A DNA stretch of 64,000 nt from Takakia lepidozioides (taxonomy: Eukaryota > Plantae > Bryophyta): positions 39,990,001-40,054,000 of the forward strand of contig CM060731.1 in assembly GCA_030704615.1 (NCBI GenBank). Reading direction: 5' to 3'. How positions within the stretch are numbered: position 1 is the stretch's first letter; each line of letters begins with the position of its first letter. This document shows, piece after piece, positions 12,856 through 26,564 of the stretch. The notes under the pieces were generated by a model. That model worked only from the letters and a program-made list of their open reading frames with translations. It was not told the origin of the DNA and did not search any database. The position numbers and the translations under genes are program-made.

Positions 12856-14597
12856 TAGGATATGGATTAACCACAAGGTTGGAGAGAAGTCGATGTACGT
12901 TGGAGTAGATAGAAATATCGGAGAAATCCCCAGGAAAACGAGTTCACAAAAACAATTCTTGAAAACGTAAAAAAGTGGAGTTCTCAAAGAAGAGGAAATT
13001 GGAAAACGTAACAGAAAACTGCATGAGCGACTAACGAATTTTATTCATCGCAGTATGAGCACATATAATGCTACGTTACATAGCTCAAATCTCTTCCTAG
13101 CTATCCTCACTCTCCGACCGGTCTAGAAACTCCTCTTTATACTCAGGTCAAAAACTTTAACACGCAATCGAATGTTGCTAAAATGTTGTTTGAGTACACC
13201 TCTGCCACATACCCAACTACATACTACTTTTTAGGTCACCACCTTTTATTGCCCCCCTTTCAGTGTATTTTCAGTTCTTATTTATTATCTTGGCTATTCT
13301 GACCACGATTCCACTACTACAACAAGCTATGGTGCTTCGAGTTGGACTCCTCTTCCCGAGCGTATGTTCGACTAAGCTGCATACTCGTTTCTACTGCTGC
13401 ATCACATACAAGCAGATCAGACATGGGAGGAACCCCTGCTCTCACGGTTTTCTTTAAATCTAGAAAGTATACCGGAACAGTTCACGACAAGGTTTTGACC
13501 GCAGACTTCTGCTATGATACGACCGCTTCAGTCTCTGTGCAGGCAAAGGAGCGATCATTCCGAACAATCATCCGTGCATCTGCAGAGCTCGACAATGTTG
13601 CTTTTCTCACTGAGAAAGAGAACGCTTTGCTGACTTCCTGTGTAGCACCTTCTCTGACTTCGGACTCTAGGCGGGGCTCTATCTCCCCCAGCAAACAACC
13701 GACATCCTCAGCTTCTTCTTGGCCCTCTAGACGACCGAACAGCTTCCTCCTTCCTACTCGGACGACGTCTGCTGCTGCCTGACAAGCTGCACATCAATTC
13801 GAAGGATCCCCCCTACAAGAAAAATTATATGAAGACCCACTATGGTCGACAGAGGCAAAGGACTTTGATGCAGCATACACTCCTTGTCCTCTTCTACTAT
13901 GCAATTCTATTATACTCTCTCCCCATAGCAGCTAGGCTGAATGTACAAAATTTTGCAGCTCGCCCTGTTAGCCTGCAGAGCGATCTACCCACAACACTGT
14001 GGAAACATTTTCAGATGGTACATGGAAGCGGGCCCAGCCTGAGGAGGCTCGTGAATGTCACCGCCGGTGTGGTGGATGCCCGACTGCTGTGGAGCAGCCC
14101 CCCCTTACGTACATGGGATAGTGATCCCCACACCCCTGAGGCTGAACACACCGAACACATTGGACCAGTAAGGTACTCATCCAAGCTACGCACTTGCGCG
14201 AATGGTACTCTCCCAACTATCCAGCTGAACACCAACATATTTGGTCCCTATCGGCTGAGCTACCCAACCTGCTACTACGCCTCGCGGACCAGTCTTCCCT
14301 GTGTGGGAATCTTCCAAGCCGACAAGGCGGACCAGGGTGTCTGGATGGTCTGCCAACCTCTCCAAAGAGCTGGGACACCTCCTAGCGTCACAATTCTGCA
14401 ACATTCTGTCCAGCCCCCCTTGGTATGCTCCCCACCCAACATCCAATGCTGCATCTCTTCAACTTACTTCCTTTTGCTAAGCTACAACCAAGATCTCCTC
14501 AACTTACTGCTGCCCTCTCACTGTTGCATTTTTAATCTTACTACGAGCCCGCTTCAAAATTTGGTTTCTGTTTTTTGCCTGCAATTCTTGTATGGAG

Positions 14598-14900
14598 TAC
14601 TAACCCCAATCGATATCAGCACTCATTACAATATCATATATTACTCCCCCTTGCAGAATCCCAAAAATTCCCCTCAATCTCATGAAAGCATCCACCAAGG
14701 CTACCACTCCAGATCTATAGTGCAATGCCTCTTGTTTACCTTTGTCTTGAATCTGCACTATGTTTCCATTGATGACATACTAACCCCAATCGATATCAGC
14801 ACTCATTACAATAGCACATATTATTCCCCCTTGCAAAATAAAAAAAAATCTCCTCGATCTCATGAAAGCATCCACCAAGGCTATTACTCCAGATCTATAG
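14598..14900 (+). repeat. Direct repeat, ~122 bp x2, period 180
   Basis: TACTAACCCCAATCGATATCAGCACTCATTACAAT...CTCCAGATCTATAG at ~14598 and ~14778 (LTPIDISTHYN..SIHQGY appears twice in ORF 13829..16240). Confidence 0.92.
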
Positions 14901-17900
14901 CTACCAATCGCCAACTATCTACGCCTAGACTACCATCTAGCACACAGAGGCAACCGATAAAATGCAAGTTTAAAATATGTAGCATTACCCATATTAATGA
15001 TCTTACTCCTAGTAGACACCAAAAAAATGGACCAACTCTTCGCTACCAGTTACAAGCACTATGTAACCCCCTATATTACAGAGACATTGATGCCAGTAGC
15101 AATCTTACATCCTTGCAATCTACAATCTTCCAAGCAAGCAGTACCTCTTCAGAATCATCACGACCCCCACACCTATGCACACAGTTCATTATTTATCAGG
15201 AAAAAACCACTTACATTGACCCACAGCCCAACTGCCTTGGCATAATAAGGCCTCATTCACAAAACCCCTCTCTCAAAAGCAAAAATACTTCTAAACAACA
15301 CAAACCTCTTTATATTAAAGAATGCAGGAGCCTCCATACAAAAAGTCGTTACATAATGACTTCTAAATTCGTATCTCAGTGCCTGCAGCCCTATACCCAC
15401 ATCCATGTTGTCCTCATCCCAGCAATTCATCACGCTAATGGATCAAGTTATACTAGCTACTGCTCCAGAAGCCAATCTATGCACCGGGGCTCACTATCTT
15501 TGACTACACTCCCTTGTTGCTTATTACCCACTTACAAAAATAAAAAAGTGGCCACCAGCGCCATGCCTAGGCTGCAACTCAAACATGCCCCCATGCACAG
15601 TCTTAACATGCAGCAAAAATGTATCACCATCACATCCTATTATATCATCACAACGCTACTGACCCATCTGACTGGGCAATCACGGAACATTACCCCAAAA
15701 CATCTGGTGCACTCGTTAACCTGCATGCTAAATACAAACTTTTCGACCCTCCACCTCCAGTGCACTTGCCAGTATTACCACACAACTATAATGCCCCCAT
15801 TCACTGGGCGGTCTCAAACAGCCAGCTCTAGCCCTCATTATCTTGTCCCGTGTCACACCATTATCCCACACCCTAGTCAAGGTAGCTTCTGCTTCACAAA
15901 TCAAACAACACCCCAAAACCACCAAGCCTACAACCAAACTACACTGTCAATGCACATGACTGCCTTAAATCCCCACACACTACACACTCCTAGTGTAGTG
16001 TATATATGTTGCCAAACACAAATATTATATACCACACTTTCCTACATTACATCTAGCATTACCCCACAGGAAAATAACAAACCCGAACATACATGTATAT
16101 GGGTTTACTGCTGTGGTGGGGGTGATGTGGGCACAGCTTTTAACAGCAAGTGGTGGTGTATCTTGTGTGTCGTAGCAGGGCAGTTGCTTGGGAGGGGGTG
16201 TTGTCTCAGTTATAGACAGAGAGCTACCTTCGTGTGGTAATAACCGCTTGACAGTATTTGTAGTCTGCTTGGGGCCCCAGGGGTATGAACAGTGGTATTT
16301 TGTATTTGGCATTCAGTCTGTTTTAATTGTGTAGTGTATAGGTATGCGGCTGTTTTTGTAGTAGTTATTGGCGTAGAGGATGGAGCATTCTTTGTTGAGG
16401 TATGTGCTGTTCTGAGGGTTGTGTAGGGGGGCCAGTAAATGGGGTTCCAGGAAGTAGATTGATTGTGCCAGGTAATGGTAATGGGTGGCATATAGTTGTT
16501 CATGGATTTGTAGTTATTGCGATTTTGTAGAGCATTGTGGGGGTAGGACGACAAGTCCAGGGTAGAAGAGGTGGACCAGTAACAAGGTATCCAGCATTGG
16601 GGTTTTATATTATGGTCAGTGGATGTAGTAAGCCGTACATATGATTTTTGAAGGGGCATGTGATTGTATCCAATTTGTTTTGTAGTGGAATTTTGGAATT
16701 GGAGTGTCCATTTTTTGTATGGATAGGGGAATGGGGGGGCAAGCGGGGTTAGTACAGCGTGATGCATTATCAGACAGAGAGGCTCCAGCAGCCGAGTAAT
16801 GTTGTCCATGTGGCCAACCAGACAGGTCGGGGGTGCTGTTATGGTATGAGAGATCACCAGCAGGTATATATGTCTAAACCGTAAGAGATGTGTAGCATAG
16901 TCATATGATCTGATTAATGTGGGGGGTTTTGTGTAAATGCAGTTTTTTCTTCCAGCAAGTATTGTATCTTCTATGGTGGGCCAAGGTAGTACAATGTTCA
17001 GGCACAACAGGCCATATGTATTAAACAAGGGTTGCTTGGCACTTACCATTTGCATACATGAATTTGGAGGAGTAGCAGCTGAGGTAATTTGTGGACCGAG
17101 TTTTGGTGAGCAGAAATGTTGCTACAAAAACAATTGCATGCCTATATAGTTGGCAGACATTGTCCACAGATACAGCAATGGCACACCTGAGGCGTGACTC
17201 CACGTCTAGCAATACCTCTAAAATTAGCAACACACAAACAAAAAAGATTTACCCGTCACAACGCATCATTCAAAAGATCCTCGCTTCAATCACAAGAAGG
17301 TCTCATGCCGCAATAAAATTATATTCCCAACACATTGCACAGCGCGACCTCCAGCTGTGTATCATTAAATCGCTAACACCATCCCATTGTCCCCCTCTAT
17401 ACCATGTTGAGAGTCAAGACCCCAAGCAAGGCCCCCTCTGCGTAATCACATTTGACAAAGCCTCTGCCAACATAGAACCAAAAAATAGAACAAGAACCAA
17501 TCAATTATGCTTACCAAACCCATGTCCACAAAACACCTCCATTGATATCCCTCGAAACCCCATGCAGCCTACAAATACTGTCACACATCTCTTGCCGGAG
17601 GCGGATAGATCTTTGTGTGTAGCTGATGCAACACCCCCTCTCACTCAACTGCCTTGCTACACCATGCAAGATACATCATTTGTTATTAAAAGCTACATCC
17701 ACATCGATTGGCAGCTACTGTATGCAAATACAGCATTGATGCACCTACGGCCCGATACCACATGCAACAATATATTTAGAACTCATAACACACGAACAAA
17801 CCATACTGATTCCTTCCTAGTAACCATACACATGCAAACTATTTACAGCCTGATGTATGAATACTTTCAGAAATCCACGATGCTCTACAACCACATATCA

Positions 17901-20844
17901 ATTACAACGAACTGTACCTCAGCCCCCATTAAACAGCCCCCTTACAAGGTTGAGGCAGACTGAATGCCAATTACAAACGCCTGGCAACACCATGATACCA
18001 AAAAATCAGATACAACGTATGTTGCTTCATGATTACATCCCCGGCCCCCCTTACCGCCATCAAAACTCAGCCATATGCACCCTACCGCCACAATGCCCTA
18101 TTCAAAAGACTCAAGCCTCAATTTCAATATTATGGTCTCACATCATCAACAAATACTACCAAGACATTGCAAACTGCTCCAACCAACTATACATCAACAG
18201 CGCTCCGCACAACTCACATATGCAATATCCTCACCTCTCGCTACCACATATGACAAATCTCAAATCCCTAATTCACTAATGCCTCCAAATTGGGCTGCTG
18301 TCAACCCCTATAACCTCATGCATCTCTCACAATTGCCCAACTGCAACAGGAAACAATTACCCTCGCTGCAATTGCCCCAAAATAGCTCCATCTACACTAC
18401 CAAACCAGACGCTCTCTTACCCCTGCATCCCACCCCTGCTCCTACCTGCAACCGACTCACAAATACTTGGACAGAGTCTCAATCAACCAAATACACATAG
18501 ACAGGCCCCTTACTTCTGCACTACACACCGGATCCTACAAAAACCCATTAAAAAACCCCTGCTAATTCCACACATAATGCAGGCAGAAAGCTCACCACAA
18601 AAAAAGGAGCTGCCATCTGCAGGACCTCCAAAAGTCGACCTTGGCCCCCCCCCGCCACACTCAAAACTCACTCGTAACCACCCTGACAACGTTGTATATC
18701 ATTAAAATACAAATACATATCGCTCAACCTGTCAAAATACATACCATACCTATTGTTTGGCACTCAACCTCGACTGAAGCATACCTCCCTAAGAGCTCTT
18801 GTTGCCCGGAACCAAGCACATGCACAGATCCAAGCCCACTGGCCCCGCCCAACTTTCAAACCCATGGATATCATCCAAAAAACACACTCCACATTCATCC
18901 AAGGGGTAACGACTCTTTTGCCCTATCCCTTTCATCCCCATTCACACCAAAAAACGAAATACAAAATTATAATAAAAATAATGCAATAATTAATAATTAA
19001 AATAATTAAAAAATAATGGTTTAAAAAATAATTCTCATATATTCGGACTCCGTCTTCTCATAATACATAAACTGAAACCCAACAATATTACATATGCACA
19101 TACACTATTACACGCATACAGGCCACAAATATTCCCAAAAATAACTACTCTCATGACTAACCAACACCAGCCCCTCATAACCATATGCCATCTACAGAAA
19201 CACCTCTCCACAAACCCTAAAGAAGTCTTCCGCATTTTAATCTTTTATCGAACTTGTAGGCCCAAATGCAAGCTGTTGCAGTATCCTTCACCTCGCAAAA
19301 AGCTTAACTGCTGGCTACAGGAATAAAAACTTGATGTATCCTTAACGCAACCCAGTCCAGCTGACATTTGGCCTACAACGGTTAACGAACATACCCCCAT
19401 AAAATCACAATCTCTACAAAAATGGGCCTCTGCTAGAATAAGACCACCAAATATTGTTTGGCCGTCAAAATTAACGCAAACCATTGCTCGCCCAACACTA
19501 TTAATAACTACGTCTTCCACAAACTACACCGTACTGAGTGGATTGACCTCAATGTATCACAAATGCCAAAAAATATCCATTCACCTAGAGCCACACACCC
19601 ATCAATACAACATTGAAACCCTTCTACAACGCTTTTTAGTAATCGCCCTCCACACGTATACGAACATCCACCTTCACAATAGTCTAAAAACACTAGATCC
19701 TCACCCCAATATTCCTCCACAACCTCTCTTGCTATCTGAGCCAATCCCACATCTCTCCCACTCCTCATTGCCATGCCAATCCTTTAACTACACCATCAGT
19801 GCAACATCCTACGATAATTTCCATCATAGACATGGCATTTGGGGAAGACCGAGGAAAACATACAATCACCATCAAAGAAAAACACCCCACAAACATATTA
19901 TTTTTTATTCAACAAGCCACAACAAATCCCACAAATACCCTCAGGCAGACTGTATTATGCCCCAAAAATCTCCAAACAAACTAGACGCAAACTGCAAAAA
20001 TGGATACACATCCACAAACACGCGCACCTTCATCTAATGCTCATGCGATGTGGGGACATCCACCAGAACCCGGGCCCCCGAAACAACCGTCATACCCAAC
20101 AGAACACACATAATCCAATACAAACTGTTGTAAATCATCTCTCTAAGGCGGCAAAAGCTAGGTACACTTTATACTTTTACCCCGACACAATCTCTCTAAA
20201 ATTGGAGTACATTCATCTACACAACCTCTTCAGTCCATATCTACCCAAAGCCACTTATGTTTTGGATCCGGACGCCCCAGAAGCGCCGCCATACGGTATA
20301 ACCACCTCTGAGTACCCAATCATTGCCCATAATAGCTACAAACTGCGATCCCACTCTATAGATCATGTACTATTTGTATACATTATTTGTATATCTCCAA
20401 AGCCTAAATCTTGTAATATCATGTTATCCGAAAGCTTGGAGACCCGAATAATAACCACGCTAACAAAACTCCAAGGGTTACCAAATAACTCCTCCCACTA
20501 CAAAGCCCGGCCGCACCCCCTCAATTCTGTTCAAGATTCCCTTCACCTTCTTCAAGCCCCACCGGGCCATATACACCAGCTACTTACGACATATATCAAA
20601 TCTCTACCTCCAACAATCCACCCTACTATTTAGGATATTTCTGCAGCATTTCCTTTTATCTCGCATGACATTTTATCTGCCACGCTAAATACCCTTACAT
20701 ATCTACCCGGTTACCAAAGACCAACCACACGCCACAATGTGACAAACACCACAGTGTGACAATGCAGTGCCCACTGTACACCAACCTACACCACCGCCAC
20801 TCTCTTATACCCCAACAACCACAAGACAACCTTATAGACCAACC

Positions 20845-21625
20845 CTTAATATGCCTTACGTGGAATGTGGGATCCATTGCCTCCAGCTTGCCAACCCTTT
20901 CACTTATTCTTCAAAACTCAAACCCTCCCCATATTATTCTACTCCAAGAAACCAAACTCAACTCGCACTCGCCCAACACATATATCAACAGAATACTGCT
21001 TGACCACCACATCATCTATGGGAGCCCCCCATCGCCAGGAAAATATAATAGACGACGCTCACTACCATATCAGCCGACTCGTGGAGGCCTAGCCATTGGT
21101 ATACACAAATCCATGCACTCACGAGAAACAACTACAAATGTCTGCATCCCCACGCACCTTAAAACTCACCTCCAAATTGTTGAGATTCACATCAGCCCTT
21201 ATCCAAAACTACTTATCATTCATTTATATATGCCCTCACACCCGGACGATATAGCCCTTACCCCCGATATTCTACAACAAATTGTGAGCTTTGCTAACAA
21301 CCCACTCCACTCCTTATCCGCAATCCTCCTTGCAGGTGACTTCAACAGAGACCTATCTATGCTGGGCAGATTACATGACGGTGTACACTTCCCTCCCTCT
21401 CCAAAAGACATAGAATGGACAACCTTTACCCAAACGCATGGATTCCAATACATCACTACAAACCAGGCTTTCCCTAGGCAAGGAGGACTAAACTATACCT
21501 CGCATAGCCTCATTGATGGGTACTACCTCAAAATGCCTAGAAATAATCCCACACAACTGTACAGTACAATCCTGTATGATCCCATATATAACTCTGACCA
21601 TTACCTAGTTATTCTCCACATCCCC
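20845..21625 (+). pseudogene. AP-like (APE/EEP) endonuclease domain of the LINE
   Basis: LTWNVG..IILLQETK..RGGLAIGI..LYMP..LLAGDFN..LIDGYY..SDHYLV in ORF 20756..21919. Confidence 0.93.
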
Positions 21626-22539
21626 GCGCATATAGTACCTATAGGTCCAGTCCTAAATGGCCCCTCGCTAGACACAAGGCCACGTATTCTCACTCCTATT
21701 CCCCCCTCCTCTATTCTGGCATTCCAAGCCAAGTTTCGATCCATTTCCGGTACATTTATATCTGATTTTGAAACAATACTAGATCGATATTCAGCAAACC
21801 CCACCCTTCAAAATTGGGAAGACGCAAGCTCCAAGCTAGAACAAATATTCACTCAAATTACAGAATCCACGCTACATACATGCACAAAGTTCCCTGATCC
21901 AGTACAAACTGAACGATAAAATATAAACGGAGGATACTTGACAAGAACACAATAGAGAAAATGGCAAGCACAACTAAATATCCACCACAAAATCCGCAAA
22001 GCTATTACAATCCTCTCATCTGACCCACGAGACCCCCAATGGAGAAATACCTCATCTATTATAGACCTAAACACAATAGTAGCTTGCAGCACAGATTTCC
22101 CGATATCCCATAATGATGCAGACATACATACATGGCTCGTATCTCTCTCCCGAATTGGTCGAGATGCAAAGAAAAATGCTTACAATATCACCAAACAACA
22201 ATCCAAAGACAACCAGAAGAAATTTGTTCAATCATACTGTAAGATGCTACAAGACAAGCCTCGCCTCATACATAAATCAATCTTCAACCCTTCCCCCTCT
22301 CTTCCTTTGGATGTGATACGAGACAACGCAAAAACTCTACACACCTCTCCAGCCTCTATCAATAAAATCGTCTTCCAGCAAGCTAAGACCACATACCAAC
22401 CACAAGCACATGCATGTTTCCAGCCATCGCATCACATACAACACTGTGCATGCCAAACCAGACGTTATCTTTGGCATGATATAGACAGATTTAAACTCAA
22501 GCGAAGGGGACCCTTACAACTCAACCTAAGCGCTTACCT

Positions 22540-23500
22540 CACCCCAGAGGTCTATCATTCATGCCTCAAATCTCTCTCCAACTCCAAAGCGCCAAGCCCA
22601 GATAACATTCCTAATGAAATACTCAAGGCATTGGACCCACACTTCCATCGATTAATTCATCGCTTCTTTGTGATGTGCTATCAGCTCCATAGAATTCCCA
22701 AAAGCTGGAAAAACAGTCGTACAATACTAATTTACAAAAAAGTACTAGCACGTTGACCACCCTTCTCACATCCTTCGGAGAACAACATCATATTCTTAGT
22801 GACTCGCAAGAAGGATTTTCGAACTGCCAGAAGCACAAGCCGGCAAATCCAACTCATTATTTCGGCCTTAGAAGATGCACGTTTTACTCAACAAGACATA
22901 TTTTTGCTATACATTGACTTTAAAAATGCATTTGGCTCAATTGACCATGCGCGTCTACTAGCCGTCATAACTAATCTAGGATACCCGCAAGACGCAGTCA
23001 TGCTCATTGGCAATATTTATACTGAAGCCACCACCACATACTCCGGGCCTTCATTTGGCAATACATCACCTATATCAATTCACAGAGGTACCATACAAAG
23101 GGACACACTTAGCCCATATCTTTTTATTGTCTTTCTAGAAACCCTACTTTGCTGGCTCGCTCAAGGTAACATAGGATACCAATACATTACGTCTCCCAAT
23201 AACATCCCAGCAGCTGCCTATGCAGATGATCTTGTACTGCTATCCAACAAATCCAGTCATCTCAATCGACAAGTGAAAAAACTAGAAAGATTCAATAAAT
23301 GGGCAGCAATGGAACTAAGTTTACATAAATGTGCTATCACGGCGATCAGCCATCATACCAAACACAACACATAAGCCTTCTCAAGAATACTAAATAACAT
23401 GGTGCTATATAATACCCAACCCTTCCCATATTTGGACCAAGACGACCCATACACATATTTGGGTATACAATTGACACCATCTCTTAAGTGGAGTGCTCAA
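22540..23500 (+). pseudogene. Non-LTR reverse transcriptase domain, with a small deletion at ~22742 and frameshifts
   Basis: KAPSPDNIPNE..W..SRTILIYKK; QEGFR; YIDFKNAFGSIDH; RGTIQRDTLSPYLF; AYADDL; KC; YTYLGI. Confidence 0.95.
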
Positions 23501-24514
23501 AAAGACATAACCCAGAAAAACTCCTCTCACAAGCATCTGCCTTATTGAACTCGCCAGCCACAATGCGCCAGAAATTATTTATTCTCGACACAGTACTCAG
23601 AACTTCTATAGAATATCCTTTTCATGCAGCACCATTCTCTATCCCGAACATAAACGCACTAGATAGAATCATTATACGCTTATCGAAACAAATATGTGGA
23701 CTCCCAAATAGCACCCCCAATGCACTAGTGCAGTTACCCAGGAGCCTCTATGGTATTGGTACTACAACTTTAGCTGAGGCCTACGCTAGAACGTTGGGAA
23801 CGCAGCTGTAGGAAGCTCTAAACGATATTGGTAAACTGGGGAATATTTATCAAGGACTCCTTAAGCATATCGCCTCGAAATTTGGTGGCTTAGCAAATTT
23901 ACCGGCTATCAACCCCATTGCATGCACCCACTCCCCTATCACCAGGACCCTCTTCATACTCAAACATATGCACATTACTCTAGACACTACTATGCCCACA
24001 ATCCAACTTCATTACACATCCCTAGAAAATGCTTGGGACACAAGCCCACAAATTCATCTCTTCAACCCAGACAACATACCTCGTAAACAAACCACTCTAA
24101 AATTCTTTATGCAATTTAACATCACCACAGTCAGACAACTTACAGATGCTAATGGCACCAGACTTATCGACCCACATGTTTTTCGACTAAAATACCCAAA
24201 CCATCATCGCGCTCCCACCATGTTCATTTGCAACACCTCCAAACACTACTATGTTTTCCCACTCATGCTTGTCTAACCCACACATGTCCAAGACAATGTA
24301 ATTCTTTGCCCCATCACCCATGGGAGCTACTCCCTCGCTATTCATCGAGCTCGACGCAAAACCAAATCCAATCACTATTCCATGGCTTCGCCTAAACCCA
24401 ACAAGCGTCCACCCCACACAACCAGCTCAAACACCCCAACCACAGCCACCACAACCAAATACTATATCGTCCCCACTTGCTATTCAACCCACAGGACACC
24501 CCGTAACACCCGCC

Positions 24515-24660
24515 CACACATTAGAGGAAATACAAGGCATAACTCAAAAAATGTCCTTGGATCAATCTGGAGCCACATGTGTCAAGACTCTATACAATTG
24601 TCAATGGAAGGGATCAACCCCCAAACGTAACTGTACTTGGGAAAACAATGACCAACTTTT
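24515..24660 (+). other. Chromodomain-like segment in the LINE polyprotein
   Basis: TLEEIQGITQK..LYNCQWKGSTPKRNCTWENNDQL fits the chromo pattern E.I....Y.V.W.G.....TWE...L. Confidence 0.55.
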
Positions 24661-25149
24661 TAGCACCCATAGTAACCCACATCTACACCATAATATTCAA
24701 ATGGTTACCGACCCGATCACCAAACCCAACCGAAAACCAACACCAACACCCACATACTTCCGCATATTCAACCCAACATTCGGATTAACCACAAGCCACC
24801 AATAGACGGTTCATCAGCGCCGCCACGAGTATCCCAAATCTTACCACATCTCTATAGCTAAATGTAACCCAGATAACGACATCCTGAAGTCCCCGGCCCA
24901 CATTCACACTCACAATAACTTGGCAACACATATATGGACCACTAGGGTACTACATTGGTAACATAACACTCCAAAGATTGGAGTGTTATGAAAAGATTTC
25001 ATTCCAACCCACTCCACCTCACAGACCTGCATACGCCATCAGCATTTGCAGTACAAGTCTCTAGACTCATCCAACGCTACGCCCAAGACCTACCACCCAA
25101 AACCCCCACAACAACAAACAAACTTTCACTTGCACACTCCCACTCGACC

Positions 25150-25430
25150 CTCCCCGCATTCCTTCTAGACTTCCTCACCACAGAGCTGCAACTCACTCAC
25201 TCATACTACTCTAACCCTCTCACATGCCCATTGGGTTTATCTACTTACTCGAGCTTACACAACATTGATCAGCACTTTGGATCCGTGGGGGCTGCAAGGT
25301 CCCACCGATGGCAAGGGCGAGGGTTTGCACACCCCCCTAATGCCGCTTCTGTCAGTGAAGCGCTTCATTGGGCGCGCATTGCTGCACATATGTCACCAGA
25401 ATCATTCACCATCTTATTTATTCCTAATAC
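25150..25430 (+). other. PCIF1/CAPAM-like N6-adenine methyltransferase-like domain in the LINE polyprotein
   Basis: YSNPLTC..YSSLHNIDQHFGSVGA..WQGRGFAHPPN..SFTILFIP aligns by eye with PCIF1 FASPLNC..YCS..DTD.YFGSRG..GSFEANPPF..LSFIVFIP. Confidence 0.65.
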
Positions 25431-25829
25431 TAACCATACCAACTCCAAACACCCAATACTAAGCGACCCCCCTGAACTATTCACGTTAGCTACATTTGAG
25501 CCTCGCTCAATCATTTATCAACCCCCACCGCCGTGGCGCAATTACATGAAATATCCAGAACCGTTTTGGTATGTGTACACCACTCACAAGACCCGCAAAT
25601 ACCTATCACTTTCTACCATTAACTGGACCGGATTCTAAAATATTTATTTGGTCACACAGCCACGGTTCACCCGCCTATCCAAATTCCCAACAAATATCCC
25701 CGAATCAATCCGGACAAACCATGGAGACATGTGACCCCTAGGCCTCTTTGGGCAGCGAGACCAAAAAACTTTGCTATACCACTCCAAGATTTCACGGAAC
25801 CCACAACCTTAAAATTCCAACCACATAAA

Positions 25830-26215
25830 TGCATATATACTGATGGCTCCTTAAAAGATGCCCAAGCGGGTTATGGTATATATTTGGTTGGCACCAATAC
25901 CAAAATATATAGCCGTCTCCCTGGTCGCCAGAATATCCTACGAGCAAAGCTTATGGCTATACATGATGCTCTCAAGTCTCTCCCCTACCAACCTACTTCA
26001 ACATACTATTTATTTACAGACAGCTTGGTCTCCCTATACCTTCTCACCAACCAAATTTGCATGCCATCATCACAGATTCACCATCCTGATATTACACTTA
26101 TAAAAGGAATCGTCGATGTTGTATCATCTTTACCGCTGCAAATCCATATACACAAAGTTCTCACACAGACATAATAGGTAATGACATAGCAGACCATCTT
26201 GCCCAACTTGGTGCT
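25830..26215 (+). pseudogene. RNase H domain of the LINE
   Basis: IYTDGS..AGYGIY..QNILRA(K)LMAI..LFTDSL..IHKV..GNDIADHLA. Confidence 0.9.
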
Positions 26216-26564
26216 ATTCAGCCAATCATCAACCCCTCGACCAGCCCTATCCACCAGTCGCACACATATCCGTTTTGGCTCATGTCAACAAGGGCTAGAT
26301 TCCCGACCATAGCACCTATACGGAATCTGCACACACACATTCAAGGCGAGACCAAACTACTCATACAAGAATCCCACACCTACAGAAATTCGTACATATC
26401 TAAGTGGGTCTTGTCCCCACACCTGCTACATAGTATGTCCAATCATTTTTGGACATCCCCCAGGGTTACCGATGCACAAATCAAACAAACTTTGAAATTT
26501 CGGTATGGTCAATACATGGGCAATCAACGACGGAACTTGTTTTGGCCATTATTATACCCCAATA

